64,000 bases of DNA from Eledone cirrhosa (GCA_964016885.1 OZ024740.1:241800001-241864000); one strand, 5' to 3'; positions 13,652 to 27,009 are shown, counted from the stretch's first letter. The notes: generated by a model from the sequence alone, not told the origin. Program-made: numbers and translations.

Positions 13652-14023
13652 TATAAAATAACAGGAGGCTGGACTGGTGTAAATCCTTGAAGGGTTTATT
13701 ATACTATGATCATTTCAATGACCGTGTTCAGTATGAATCCGGTGATATCATCAGGTATTCAAAATATAACAAAGTAATATAACAGATAAAATCCATGGGG
13801 CTGAAAATCATAGACAAGAGGACGACCGACAATTTAGCAGCTTCTACCTCAATCGGCCGCCCTCGATTGTCTATGATTTTCAGCCCCATCGATTTTATCT
13901 GTTATATTCCTTTGTTATATTTTGAATACCTGATGATATCACCGGATTCATACTGAATACGGTCATTGAAATGATCATAGTATAATAAACCTTTCAAGGA
14001 TTTACACCAGTCCAGCGTCCTGT

Positions 14024-14032
<9 letters not shown>
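13652..14032. mobile_element. Fold-back element (about 180-bp arms) ending in (TA)n
   Basis: 13652-13830 is the near-perfect reverse complement of 13853-14032. Confidence 0.85.
13926..13983 (+). ncRNA. Minimal type-I hammerhead ribozyme (mirror copy at 13701-13758, minus)
   Basis: atac-CTGATGA-[accg gattca tac tgaat acggt]-GAAA-tgatca-TA-gtat; palindromic stem III; base of stem II is mismatched. Confidence 0.7.
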
Positions 14033-14083
<51 letters not shown>

Positions 14084-14116
14084 GGGTGTATATGATTGTG
14101 TATAGAAGATTATATT

Positions 14117-14372
14117 AATAAAAGGAATTCCAACTTTGTCTGATTTACTCGTTTTATTTACAATCCTTCAAAATTTTTCAACAGTTGAAAATTGCAAACT
14201 TGACTGTCACCACACAATATGAACCTGAAGATTGCGAAAGCATCAAAGTACTTGTTCAATTAACACTTAACATTTAATATTCTACCATACTATTTCATTA
14301 TAATACCATCATAAATTTTAAAGGATTGTAAATAAAACGAGTAAATCAGACAAAGTTGGAATTCCTTTTATT
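14117..14372 (+). mobile_element. Fold-back element with decayed HHR at 14220-14258
   Basis: About 60-bp inverted ends; internal tgaac-CTGAAGA-ttgc gaaa gcat-CAAA-gtac-TT-gttca. Confidence 0.65.
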
Positions 14373-14462
14373 TATATATATATATATATATATTGAGTTA
14401 GAAACTCAAAATAGTCACTTACAATTAAATAGCTCAAGGAAAAAAACTTTTCCGGGGCGTGT

Positions 14463-14910
14463 AATATAATTCAATATAATAAAGAGAGATAAACACAGAT
14501 ATATACATATATTTGTTCTGGCTGCTATTTTTAATAGCATACGTTTTCCGAGACACGCTAGGCTCTGAATGCCATGTGCGTTATTTTAAACACGCGCCTC
14601 ATTTAGTCTTTTGAAATACTTAGAAGTGAAAGGTTTACTAATTCGACATCCACTGACGAGCAATAGATTGGTAATTCCCTTTCACTTAATTGCGTAACAG
14701 CATTGCCAAAAGCTGTTTGGATGTACAAGTTGATAGTTATCACAATTTTGGTTTGTAATTTTTCTTAATTTATTCTTTTAAATTGAATCTGGCGAACAGT
14801 AATGCTCATAATTAGTATTCTTTTCACCCTAGCGAATCTGGCCCCTTACGATTTGAAATATATATGTATATATCTGTGGTTATCTCGCTTTATTATATTG
14901 AATTATATAT
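14463..14910 (+). mobile_element. Fold-back element with near-intact HHR at 14647-14723
   Basis: About 50-bp inverted ends; catcca-CTGACGA-gcaat..attgc-GTAA-cagc..gctg-TT-tggatg; 3' part homologous to 3525-3670. Confidence 0.7.
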
Positions 14911-14949
14911 ATATATATAATATATTGGTATCACCCACGACAACAGCAC

Positions 14950-15135
14950 CCAGCACACGCTGTAAATGTGGTTGGTGTTAGGAAGGACATCCAGCTGTAG
15001 AAATCTATCCAGAAACATTCCTATATGAGCAAGACACGGTCACCTGACCCAACTTGCTTCCTATGGGACAAACCCGTCTAATCCATGCATGCTAGCGTGG
15101 AAAATAGACGTTAAACGTAGTTGTTATTGATGATA
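14950..15135 (+). mobile_element. SINE/LINE-tail fragment
   Basis: ggttggtgttaggaaggacatccagctgta ... ggaaaatagacgttaaacg followed by a short-repeat tail, typical of RTE-tailed SINE bodies. Confidence 0.45.
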
Positions 15136-15211
15136 TATATGTATATATATATATATATATATGCATATATATATTAGTGTGAACATCTCGAAGTTAATGT
15201 TTTGCTCTGAT

Positions 15212-15352
15212 GAGCATAGTTACATCCCTTTACGGTCTGAGTTCAAATCCCGCCGAGGTTGACTTTGCCTTTCATCCTTACGGGGTCGATAAAATAAAGT
15301 ACCAGTAATGTACTGGGTAATTGCTGGCCTTGTGCCAAAAGTAGAAACAATT
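15212..15352 (+). mobile_element. SINE family A, partial
   Basis: Near-identical to 12545-12672. Confidence 0.8.
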
Positions 15353-15699
15353 ATTTGTATAATATATTCCTATAGTATGTATGTAGAAGGAAATACAAAT
15401 TGAAACTTCCGGGTATTGTGGTTCCTAATTAATGGAGTCAATTAATAATGAGTGTTATCGGTGGAACAAGCCACCATTTGTTGTATGCTGATACACCCCC
15501 TAGTGGATTGCATATAATGTAATCCTAGATATGACCTTTTATGGATATACCTCAGATTTCATTATACAGTTTCTCTTTAAAATGGTAAAGTCTTTTTGGC
15601 TTTTATTTCTAGTATATTCGGCGACCACATAGAAGTTCGTGTGTATATATGTTTGTATGTATGTATGTATGTATGTATGTATGTATGTATGTATGTATG

Positions 15700-16205
15700 T
15701 ATGTATGTATGCATGCATGCATGCATGTATGTATGTATGTATCTATGTATGTATTCATGTATGTTCTGGTGTTATAATTTCACAAATGTTTACCAATAAA
15801 GAGAAAAAGTCGGTTTCTGACATAGTTACAGGACCCTTCCATTGGAATTTACACATCAACTAGTAGATATGTCTGCACGTCTGCATGCATGCATGTGTGT
15901 GCAGGTATGGATGTTAGTGTATGTGTGAATGTGGATGTTTTGAGTTGTATGTGTGCATGTGCATATGCTTTGTATCTGTACATGAGTATATACAGTTAGT
16001 AGATGCAGATTTTTTGGAATGTATGTATGTTCTTCTGGTTTTATAATTTCACAAAGTTTTACCAATAGAGAGAGAGTCGGTTTCTAACATAGACACAAGA
16101 CTCTCTCATTGGAATTTACACATCAACTAGGTAGATATGTATGTATGCATGCATGTGTAGATATGGATGTTATTGTATGTGTGGATGTGGATGTTTTGAC
16201 TTGTA
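15700..16205. repeat. Local tandem duplication (unit about 265 bp) with (TATG)n
   Basis: 15760-15940 is similar to 16027-16205. Confidence 0.7.
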
Positions 16206-17260
16206 TGTGGACAGCTGCTGATGACATGGGTGATATCCTCGATGTTAGTTCTGCAGAGTCTGCACTTGTTATCACATCTACGTGTTTTGCCTGCATCCCT
16301 ATCTCTTTTGTGAATCAGGTATTTCGTGCTAATCTCCTGTTCTTGGATTGCAAAAACGTATCTTTCAAAGTGGGAGCCAATATAGCCGTTGTTGGTCCAA
16401 GATAGACTACTTTCCTTATCTATATTACTCTCACTCTGGAGCTTCCTGGCAACATATCCATGCATGATTTTTTTTGGTGATAGGCATGCAGTTTTTCATC
16501 CATGGATTAACTGCGATACTGCTGAGCGACATCCCTGGGTGTGAGTTTTTGATTATCACACAGGGAATATCTCTCAAGGAGTTCCTTCCCAACTCTCATG
16601 ATCTTATCTGTTTCATGCAAATAGACTTGCTCGAGAAGCGGGCTCCTACAATTCGAGGTTCGTAGAGGTTATCGGAGAGATATGATGCGACATTCAAATG
16701 TTGTCTGGACTGCTGTTAGGCCTCTGCCTCCCTGCTTACGTTTCAAGTAAAGGCGGTCTATATCACTGTTGATGTGGAAGTTTCCGGTGTTGTTCAGTAT
16801 TTTTCGAGTTCCAACATCAACTGCTCGGATTTCGTCTATCGTCCAATTGAATATTCCAAACGTTGGTGTTAAGTCAGGCACAGCAAACATATTGTGAGCC
16901 ACTGTTTTGTTTTGCGCAGAGAGTTCCGATGACCAGATCTTTCTTAATCGGATGTAGTATTCCCTGGTTACGCGTTCTTTATTACAGATACCATTATAGG
17001 ATATGTTCTCATCTATCCCCAGGTATCTGTAGCAGTCCTCATCAGATATCGGTGAAACAGTTAGACCATTGATGACAGTGTTGCTAGATTGGGTTGTTGT
17101 TTTTCCCTGCTTTACAGTCGTATATGAGCATTTATCTTGGCCAAACTCCATTCCTATATCCTTTGAGAACGTTGTAACCAGGTCAAGATTTTTCTTCATC
17201 CCATCCATGTTCTTTGCATAGAGTTTCAGATCGTCCACAAACAAGTTATGGATTAGGTTC
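16205..17260 (-). mobile_element. R4/Dong-like non-LTR retrotransposon fragment (RT C-half and CCHC knuckle)
   Basis: HNLFVDDLKLYA, YRYLGI, RLYLKRKQGGRGL, FAIQEQEI, CRLC..EDITHVISSCP; frameshifted. Confidence 0.8.
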
Positions 17261-17589
17261 GTATGTATGCATGTATGTATGTATGTATGTGTGTATGTGT
17301 CTGTGTATGTTTGTTTTGCTTGGTGGTTTTCCCCATTTATAATAAAATAACAGTAAGTAATTTAAATTGAAAGAAAGGATAGACAAATGCATATTTCTTC
17401 AAGTAAGCTCACCACATTGGTTGACTTGTGCTGTTACCGCTCTTCACTAAAAACATGGTAAAACAATGTTTCATATATATTTATATATAACCTTATTGGA
17501 CGTATGAACCCTCTTGTTACAAAATACCGTTATATTTTATAGTTTTAGTAAGTAGGAAAGAAGGCAGGGCCCTAAGTTCACCAGTGAAG

Positions 17590-18252
17590 TGGCCTTGCTC
17601 GATAAAAAAGGGGTACGCAGAAACTTCATACAATGTACACAATGTAAATCTTGGTTAAACGAAAGGTGTAGTGGGATAGCAGGCAGACTAACAGGAAAGG
17701 TAAACGGTGTATGTAGTAGATGTATAGGGATAGTTTGTAGTAAGAGCATCAGTGAAATAAACCTTTTCCTATTCCAAGAAGGATCCATAAAAGTGATTGA
17801 TAGCTTCTCCTATGTAGGAGATTTAATTTGCTGTGTAGGAGGACTCTCTGAGAGCAAAGTAGCTAGAATTAGAACGGGATTGAAAAGGTTCAGGGATTTT
17901 CTATCTCTGTTGACAATGAAAAGTTTTCCTCAACGAACGAAAGGCTTTATAATGACTGTATGCGATGTTGCATGGTAGTGAAACATGGGTAGTGAATGCA
18001 AATGATATGCGAAGGCTTTAAAGAAATGAAACGAGCATGCTTCGATGGATATGCAATGTTAATGTGCTTGAACGACAAATCATGGATAAAGTGAGAGAAA
18101 AGCTGGTTATAAGAGGAATCAGATGTATTGTACAAGAGAGAAGACTGCGCTGATATGGACATGTGGCGTGCATCGTTGATGATCAATGTATGAAGAAGTA
18201 TTTAGAAATCCCAGTGGAAGGAAGTCGCAGAAGAGGAAGACCAAGGAAGATC
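17590..18252 (+). mobile_element. RTE-type LINE 3' fragment
   Basis: IQCTQCKSW..RCSGI, FSYVGD, HGSETW, RLR*YGHV and RGRPRK motifs; decayed. Confidence 0.75.
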
Positions 18253-18329
18253 ATTGCTACATTGCATTAAAAAAAAATCATTCAAATAAAAATAATACAA
18301 AATCAATGTTGGTACATCTATTGAAATAA

Positions 18330-18546
18330 TGGTTTCTTATACAGGCACACGGCCAGTAATTTTGGGGGAGCGGAGAGTCGATTAAATCAACCTCGGTGCG
18401 TGACTGGTACTTTATTTTATTAACCTCGTAAGGAAGAAAGACAAAGTTAACCTCGGCGGGATTTGAACTCAGGTCATAAAGGGCCGTAACTCTATGCTGC
18501 AGAGCATATTGTTTGACGCTCTACCGATACTGCCAATGGATCGCCC
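18330..18546 (-). mobile_element. SINE family A, near full length
   Basis: Minus strand has A box tggcagtatcgg, B box gttcaaatcc and the conserved core. Confidence 0.8.
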
Positions 18547-18866
18547 TACATCTATTGAAATAATAAAATTATTTTAATCGTTCGGTCGAAGAAAATGAAA
18601 ACCAAATGATAAGATTAATTGTAGAATTGTTTGTTATTTATCTCAAGATAGTAAGAAAAGTGTCGTTTATTTAACAGAAAATATCCTACTGATTTAAAAA
18701 ATGTTTGTGGCATCTCTGTAAATGAAGCTGAATTAATTATCATATACTCTGAAATATGAATTCATTTGTCTGTTGAGAAAATAAATGGTTAATTGTTTAG
18801 ATATAGTACGTTAAAATCAAAATCAAGCTTAGAAATCATGGAATCCCTCATTACAAAAATACACAT

Positions 18867-18872
18867 TTTATT
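18867..18872 (-). promoter_or_regulatory. Candidate polyadenylation signal of the VWA gene
   Basis: AATAAA on the minus strand about 700 bp after the stop; weak evidence in AT-rich DNA. Confidence 0.25.
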
Positions 18873-19475
18873 ACAAGATTAAATTCTTACACACGTTTCT
18901 TAGAAGTAAAATATTAAATCTTAGAAGGAACTTGGAAAAAAGGTGACACATACCCAAGTTTTATTTGTACTCTATATTAACTCGTGCGTTAGACAATTAA
19001 CTGTATTGAAATTTTTCATTTTCTTTGAATCTTCTCTGTAAGTGCATAACACGGAGTTTGGTTGTCTATATTTCTTCTTAGAACATTTAATAAAAGATTC
19101 GAAAAAGAGAACAAAGTACGTCTATTGTCGATAAAGTACAAATGATTTTATATTTATGAAAGTATAAAAATATCCATATAAAATATTTGGTGTATGAGGG
19201 AAAAACATTTTGGGCTTCCAGTTTTGTTTTCTTTATCCACCTGAGTGTTGCATTTGTGCCATATATTGTTTTGCTTTCGTGGTTGTGACTTTAAACAATA
19301 ATGGTTTATCTCCGAAAATGGAGTTTAAAATATTTGTGCGAAAGTATTTTTTTCTTAACATGGAAGCAATTGATAGGAATTTCGAAAGATAACGTTTATC
19401 ATATATATATATATATATATATTCATTGAGCGCTTATGGGACAGCTAGTCGATATCATATCGATTTTAATTTATT

Positions 19476-19560
<85 letters not shown>

Positions 19561-19568
<8 letters not shown>

Positions 19569-20159
19569 TCTCATATGAAACGACAGGTGAAGGAGGATGG
19601 GAACAGATTCTACTTGTAAAACGTGAAGGCAACGAATCATAAAGGGTATCGTAGGACTCTACTCTGATAACATTATCCTTGTTGGTAACATGTCTGTGTA
19701 AACGTGCCATATCTACCTTCTGGCCTATTACTACAGCGTAGACACTGATTCCGTCCAATAATACTTTGTTTATCTCTTCTGAAAGGTCATGTTCGTTTAA
19801 ATCTATAGTTTTGTCGATAAAGACGAAGGCAACCTTACGAGAATCCCCACCCGTTGAAGAATATGACCCACCACTGGCAAATATATCTTCATGAATTCTT
19901 CGGAACATGTTACTTAATGGTCTGTACTGGACGCTGTTCATTCGGCCTATTAGTTCATTTCTGTCATCAATCGAGCCTATCGGTATATCTTGATCTGCAG
20001 GACATTCGTCAAAAGTTGCACCAATTTGGAAAGGACCTTGTGTTCCAAGTCTGTCAATAATTTCAGCAGTTACTCGAAGAATCTCATTAGTTTTCTCTTG
20101 ACCAAATCGATTTCTGCTGATCATAAACATTACGTCCGTCGGCTGTGTGGCATTACACC
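19561..20159 (-). CDS. Last coding exon of two-VWA-domain protein (degenerate VWA2)
   Basis: Acceptor ttcattttcag|GG, phase 1; [36 protein letters not shown]; TAA stop. Confidence 0.85.
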
Positions 20160-20844
20160 CTGAAAATGAAATTGGATAAAAATACAAATTACGATAAATA
20201 ATATCACATAAAGACGTAACATATTTCGATTAAAATTGAGAGTTACTACGATATTCCCATAGACAAAACAGTAACCTTTGGTTTAAGAGCTAAGCACTAG
20301 CACGCTACCCGGTGTTTTACTAATACTTAATCCTTAAAGGCTTCTTTTGCAAAATTCACTGAACTACATATATTCGTTTAAGAATCTCTTCATTCACGGT
20401 TTTCTATATAGATTGTACTTCAGACATTCAGGCAGGGCATTAGCCATGTCTTGTTCATCAGTATGGTTATCTGATATATATATTTATGAAAGAAAGAAGT
20501 ATATTACATCGATACTACAATATATGCGATAACACTGTACAATTAATAAGAGGTTCGTTGTTTTGTAGTACTAAATAAAATACCGAATGCGTGAAATCTA
20601 AGTGCAATGGACAAATATTTAAATAGAGGTAAGATATATTTCTCACCGCTCCACTAAACGTGAATACAGTGGAAAATTCGAGGTTCGCGAAGGGGAACAA
20701 TAAGAATTCAGGACGTTTTCATAGGACAAAACATGTGAGTAAGGATATCATCGATTAGAGAATGCTGAAACAAAAGACTAATTAAAAATACAGACGAAAA
20801 AAATCATTCTTTATGACTTTACCGATGTTAGTCTCCAATAATAA

Positions 20845-21062
20845 TGATTTCTTACATGGGCACAAGGCCATCAATTTTTGGGGAGGAGAAAGTCGATTAA
20901 ATCGACCCCAGAACGTTACTGGTACTTTATTTTTTCGACCCCGTAAGGATGAAAGGCGAAGTTAACCTCGACGGGATTTGAACTCAGATCATAAAGAGCC
21001 GTAACTCTATACTGCAAAGCATGGCGTCGAACCCTCTACCGATACTGCCAATCCACCGCCCT
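20845..21062 (-). mobile_element. SINE family A, full length (older copy adjacent at 21110-21325)
   Basis: A/B boxes plus core gaccccgtaaggatgaaaggc. Confidence 0.8.
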
Positions 21063-22589
21063 TACTCTTCAATAATAATGATAATATTTATAAGTTCATA
21101 TGATAATGGTTTCTAATATAGACACATGTCCGACAATTGTTTTGAAAGAGAGGGGGAAAATCAATTATATCGATCCCAGTATTAACTGATATTTTATGTT
21201 ATCGACACCAGAAAGATGAAAGAGGGATAACCTCATTGATATATGAACTTAGAAGGTAAAGAGTCGTAAGCAAATACTACAAAGCATTTGGCCTAGGGCT
21301 CTAACACTTCTGTCAATCCAGCACCTACTTAAATCCATGTTAATAATAAATGCTCAATAAAACCTACAACCATGGGAGTCTTTAAAGCAGGTGCTCCATA
21401 CTGGACTTTTTGCGACGAAAGGATGAGAAATGAATCTTCTCAGGATAATTCATTTGAATATTTTAATTGAGTTCTGAGAAGATTAAATATAAGATTGAAA
21501 ATACAAGGGAGTAATCAACTTCACTTACTATTTGACATACACCTTATCTTAATAAACTGGCTCATAGTTAAATCTCAGATGTTGAATTTTGAAGACTGAG
21601 CCAACCTCATGGTCATGCGATGGTTAATGAGAAAGAATGTGTTACTATGGTTTGCTAACGAGGCTCTGTGATGAAACAATATGTTGATGAACAACAATAT
21701 TATACTTTCTTACATACCCGCGCACATACACACATTTATATATGCGCGCATACATACATATATGTCATAATTGTTCATCCCTTATTTGCCGACCATCAGG
21801 CACCATGAGGCATGAAAAGAGGAGGAAATAATTGGAATATGAAATTCATTTTGTCTGGGATCATTTGGAATGCTCCATTAACGTTTAGTGGTAAGGAACA
21901 GCAACATAGGTAAGGAGGGTGAGATTTAGGGGTGATGGAAGGACAGTTAATTAACAGAATTAGTGGAGCGCCAGTTTAAATTTAGTTTTACCTTCTGCAT
22001 ATTACTCCATCAACAAAATAAGTTTTAGTACTTCATTGAATGAGTATCTGTTTAATCGAAATTGACCCAATAAAACACAAATAGTTAGAGAATGCCATAC
22101 ACACATATATATTACATACACATTTCTATTACATACTTAGCATTTTTACATGTTAAACGCTCACATGTTATGCATACACACATCTATAAATCCTCACATA
22201 CACACACACAAACACACGCACACATACATACACACATATAAACCTACATGTGAGAAAAGATATACAAACGAACATACACTCAGTTGTAAATTGTTTAACG
22301 TAAAGTATAGTATATAGTCAAATCTGAATAGTGTGGAGTTGGAAAATATAGGTGGTAGTAGGAGCTATGTGTGAGTCGTGAGTGCCTGATTGAAAGAGGA
22401 ACGCGTCGAGTGTGTTCCGAGGAAGGTAAGCTATTGTAATAGCAATAGAAAAGGCAAAGTGAAAAGACAAAAGTTAGAGTGTAATATTGAGCAACCCTAT
22501 GCTAATCAACCATATGCATGCCCCTTCTCCACAAAAGATTTATAACTCATAATAACACAGTAAAACAAACAAGCAAATGAACAACTTAC

Positions 22590-23186
22590 AATTCTGGTCT
22601 TTCGGGGCGATCTGAATCGGAGCTGAGCATGTTTTATAGGTTAGTATTCCGCTCTTCCGCATTACTGCATCAAATGTTGCTTCGTTGTGGATAAACAGTG
22701 CGGAAGGTTGGCTTGCGATATCTCGGATTTCAACTGGATCAATATTCGGACCAATACTTACGACAAATATTCTGACTCCCGACTTTTTCAGCAAATAAGC
22801 TTCTTCCCTAGTCTTTTCATAATCACTCGATTGTCCATCGGTAAATACAATAAGAATTTTCTCAACACCAGGACGCTTTTTATCGATATTAAATGAGTGT
22901 GTCCTGGCTTTTTCCAGGGCCTTTCCGGTCTTTGTCCCTCCACCGATAAAAATAATATTTTTCATAGCATAAAGGATTTCTGATTTTGTTCTTAATTCCC
23001 CTATTTTAATTATAGGGAGATACTCGTGACTATAAATAGATACTCCAACTCTAGTCATGTCGGGACCCATATCAAATCTTCGTATCATTAAACTGACTAC
23101 GTTTATTTGCTTCTTGAGATTCTCAACACGAATACTGGAAGAACTATCCAACAAGAAAAGGACATCTGCTTTCTTGTTCTGGCAGG
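22590..23186 (-). CDS. Internal exon encoding VWA1 with intact MIDAS (matrilin/collagen-VI-like domain)
   Basis: Acceptor aacag|CC, donor T|gtaagt (phase 1-1); CQNKKADVLFLLDSSSSI..TRVGV..GGTKTGKAL..IVFTDG..IAS.P. Confidence 0.92.
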
Positions 23187-23505
23187 CTGTTTATTTGTTT
23201 TAAGGGCAAAAGAAAAAAAATGAAAAGAATTAAAAATTAATTATATTTAAACAACAACTTAAGTAACTTAAACTACAACGACTGCAGCACTAGAGACGAC
23301 AACGTTGATATAAACCACTCAACGAGGATGCCTCTACATAGTGGCTCGACCTGCTAGAAATAACACTTAATTTTCAATCAAACCATAGCTTACCATCTTC
23401 ACATAAAATAGAAGTAACATTGGATAATGTATACTTGTGTCAGGATAGTAAAGTATAGTGTGTCAGGATAGTAAAGTATAGAACTGCAAAATTTGAACTT
23501 AGAAC

Positions 23506-23613
23506 GAAGAAGAAGAAGAAGAAGAAGAAGAAGAAGAAGAAGAAGAAGAAGAAGAAGAAGAAGAAGAAGAAGAAGAAGAAGAAGAAGAAGAAGAAGAAGA
23601 AGAAGAATAAGAA
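23506..23613. repeat. (GAA)n microsatellite
   Basis: About 35 GAA units. Confidence 0.95.
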
Positions 23614-24045
23614 GCGAGTCAGAGTAATCAGTAATTGTAATTATATAGAAATCTTATATTGTTTTTATAGAGGATCTATGAATAATCAAACTCATATTTT
23701 GTCTAACATACATCTAAATATATAATGCAAATTGTACGTAATTTGATATTCACTGGCTCTTTCATATTTACTGAATTTACACTCATTGATATCAACTATA
23801 TTTAGTGGTGGGGGATATAATTCGTTGAAGCTGAATATATATATATATATATATATATTTCCGTAGGAAATACTGTCGTTTTGATTTGTCCGTTGGAGTT
23901 GTTTTGGGTGCTACTTGCGATGTCATCTGTGGTGGATGCATTTAGACGGGGTTCGTATTTTGTGATATATATCAACTGGAGTGTCACTTCTCAACATCCT
24001 ATGTGTATATCTATATATTCAGCTTCATGTATGTATATATATATA

Positions 24046-25451
24046 AAATATAAAGATTTACATATACACAAACTAGATATGTTTTTGGCAACCATTCACG
24101 ATGTGGCTCAATGATGAATTAATAAATTAAATAATCAGAGCAATATACTATAAATTATGTCCTTAGAATCATTTGATTCTAAGGACATAATTTCCTCTCC
24201 CAATTAGCATAATCAACCACACAAAAAAACAATTAAACCAGGCTATAAGATTAAAAGGCACCTGTGAAGAAATAATAGATAAATAAACGATAGCCATCTA
24301 TTCGCGATCAACCGCCATAGAATATTTCCCCAGCATTTCAATAGCACGTGGAAATCGATTAAATATATCGTCAACCATACACAATTAGGTATAAAATTAA
24401 AGTTATAAGAAAAAATGCATACAAACATACCAGGATTACGTTTCTACCCTTTAGGGTTTCGTTCGCTTTCGAAACGTAATCCTGGTATGTGCATATGCAT
24501 TTTTTCTTATAACTTTAATTTTATACCTAATTGTGCATGGTTGACGATATATTTAATCGATTTCCACGTGCTATTGAAATGCTGGGGAAATATTCTATGG
24601 CGGTTGATCGCGAATAGATGGCTATCGTTTATTTATCTATTATTTCTTCACAGGTGCCTTTTAATCTTATAGCCTGGTTTAATTCGTTTATTTGTGTGGT
24701 TGATTATGCTAATTGGGAGAGGAAATTGAGTATATATCTTATCAAATGATTCTAAGGATATGATTTATAGTATATTGCTCTGATTATTTAATTTATTAAT
24801 TCATCATTGAGCCACATGTTGAATGGTTGCCAAAAACATATCTATGACTTTGTCTAGTTTGTGTATATGTAAATCTTTATATTTGATAATCTCCCATAAG
24901 GTTGAGATGCAATTTAGGCAATATTAGGCTGCCCTTTCTAGCAACCAGCCTACTAGCCGTAAGGCACCAATCACATTCTTTCTGACTTGACCACTGCCAC
25001 GTCACAGTTCTTAGCCATTTTGAATTCGTTTCTGGCGGGGATCATTTAAGAAAAATCCTTGTCCAAGTGAGTTTGTTTTCTTATGAGTTCGAAGCTCGAG
25101 AATTTATCCTTGATAGGATATTTCCGAAAGCGTACGAAACCCTAAAGGGTAGAAACGTAATACTGGTATGTGTATATGCATTTTTTCTTCTATCTTTAAT
25201 TTTATACCTAATTCTGTATGGTTGACGATATATTTAATCGATTTCCACGTGCTATTGAAATGGTGGGTAAATATTCTATGGTGGTTGATCGCAAATAGAT
25301 GGCTATCGTTTATTTATCTGTTATTCTTTTACAGGTGCCTTTTAATCTTATAGCCTGGTTTAATTGTTTTTTTGTGTGGTTGATTATGATAATTGGGAGA
25401 GGAAATTGAGTATATATATCTTATCAAATGATTCTAAGGACATAAGTTATA

Positions 25452-25455
<4 letters not shown>
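24046..25455 (+). mobile_element. Non-coding partial-tandem plus inverted element (PLE pLTR-like) in the VWA gene intron
   Basis: 24046-24445 is inverted relative to 24470-24885; 25150-25455 directly repeats 24470-24775; ends in (TA)n; relative at 43500-43670. Confidence 0.75.
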
Positions 25456-25511
<56 letters not shown>

Positions 25512-25651
25512 GGTTATGCACGAGTGCATTAATGTTTTCCAGGACACAGTGTTATGTACCGTGTAGTGGAATGTCAGCTTACAACAGAGTGGTGCTCAAC
25601 GAAATGCAGAAAAAAGGTGTATATTCCAGTTTAGCTATATTCCGGGGCGTG

Positions 25652-25875
25652 TATAAAGAATTAAAAAGAACAGAAAGATGCAGTAAAAGAGATTTATTCG
25701 GTTCTTACGTACGTTTCAATAGACATCTATTTGCCTAGATCTCGCTACATCTATAATATTATATATTTAGTAGAGCATTCGAGATGTAGCGAGATCTAGG
25801 CAAATAGATGTCTATTGAAACGTACGTAAGAACCGAATAAATCTCTTTTACTGCATCTTTCTGTTCTTTTTAATT

Positions 25876-25882
<7 letters not shown>
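25652..25882. mobile_element. Fold-back element with 3' half of an HHR
   Basis: About 100-bp perfect arms; gtctatt-GAAA-cgtacg-TA-agaac; ends in (TA)n. Confidence 0.75.
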
Positions 25883-25913
<31 letters not shown>

Positions 25914-26209
25914 ATATATGAATGACAAGAACAATCAACACGCAATGTGGAAGTTAAATATGTATGAATATTAACACTCTGACTTATCCGTGCATAACCA
26001 GTGGTTTCAGTATCAGTAACCAATGACATATGTATCTAACAGTTACGATTAAACATAGCAACAACTGAAGATATGTAAATTAAGCCAAAAGTTAGAAATT
26101 TATAATTATTAGGCAAGTTTGTGTAAGGAATCGGAAACTGAAATTGAACCTAAAAATTGAACTTGAAATCATTGCCGATGTACATAAAGTAGTAATCATG
26201 TAATAATTG

Positions 26210-26390
26210 ACTCTACTTTTGGCACAAGGCCAGCAATTACCCAGTGCATTACTGGTACTTTATTTTATCGACCCCGTAAGGATGAAAGGCAAAGTTAACC
26301 TCGGCGCAATTTGAACTGAGAATGGAAATAGCTGTAACTCTATGCGTCAAAGCATGGCGTCCGACCCTCTACCGATACTGCCAATCCACC
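26210..26390 (-). mobile_element. SINE family A
   Basis: Close match to 48662-48850. Confidence 0.8.
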
Positions 26391-26933
26391 ATGATTTCTA
26401 TTTTTATTTCATTTTAGTAAAAATATAATAAAACATCGTACAATTAATGGCACAAAATAACCAGTGATAGGGGTTTCAAAAATTAGTCGTATTAACCTCT
26501 TAAATAGATGCAAAGGTTTTATAGTTTAAATTAGATAAAATGGGATACTGTGACGTTCATGTCTTTCCCGGCACAATCTATCAAACATCAAAACCAAACT
26601 GTGATGACGTCTCAATGGGATCTAATCTCACTCTCAAAACCGCTCATCACGATAGATAAGAAATGTTATGAGTTGGATGGTAGATATAGAAGTGATAGGA
26701 AGATAATTTAGCTATGCTTTTTAATGTGGGAAATAATGGTGGTGCTCAACAGGATTCAATGAATACATGCGTTCATCCTTATGGCTAGAGTTACAAGTTT
26801 ATACTTTCACGAAGCTTAGAGGTCTTACAATAATTTTGAAGCCCCAAACCAAGATTTATTCAAATCGGGCATTCCGTCCAAACCAGATACATGGCAATAA
26901 TACACATATATAATATTGTACAAAGAAATTTAC

Positions 26934-27009
26934 CTGCATCCAGTAAATATCTGAATACTTTCAGCAACACTACTATTAATATAAACCATAAACTGCTCAA
27001 TTTAACCAG
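26934..27009 (-). CDS. Probable signal-peptide exon of the VWA gene (start codon unresolved)
   Basis: LVKLSSLWFILIVVLLKVFRYLLDA, then donor G|gtaaat in phase 1, matching the VWA1 acceptor; exons sum to 76+597+599 = 1272 nt, in frame. Confidence 0.55.

Noticed and set aside
15200-15240. CTGATGAG as an HHR core
   Set aside because: Junction with a SINE; no stem II, GAAA or stem I partner.
21529-21656. Exon-like segment (cacag...gtaagt, minus) between the VWA exons
   Set aside because: Stops in all three frames; flanking exons already join in phase.
24243-25353. Three ORFs encoding near-identical hydrophobic peptides
   Set aside because: By-product of the inverted and tandem repeat; no domain, splice or other coding support.
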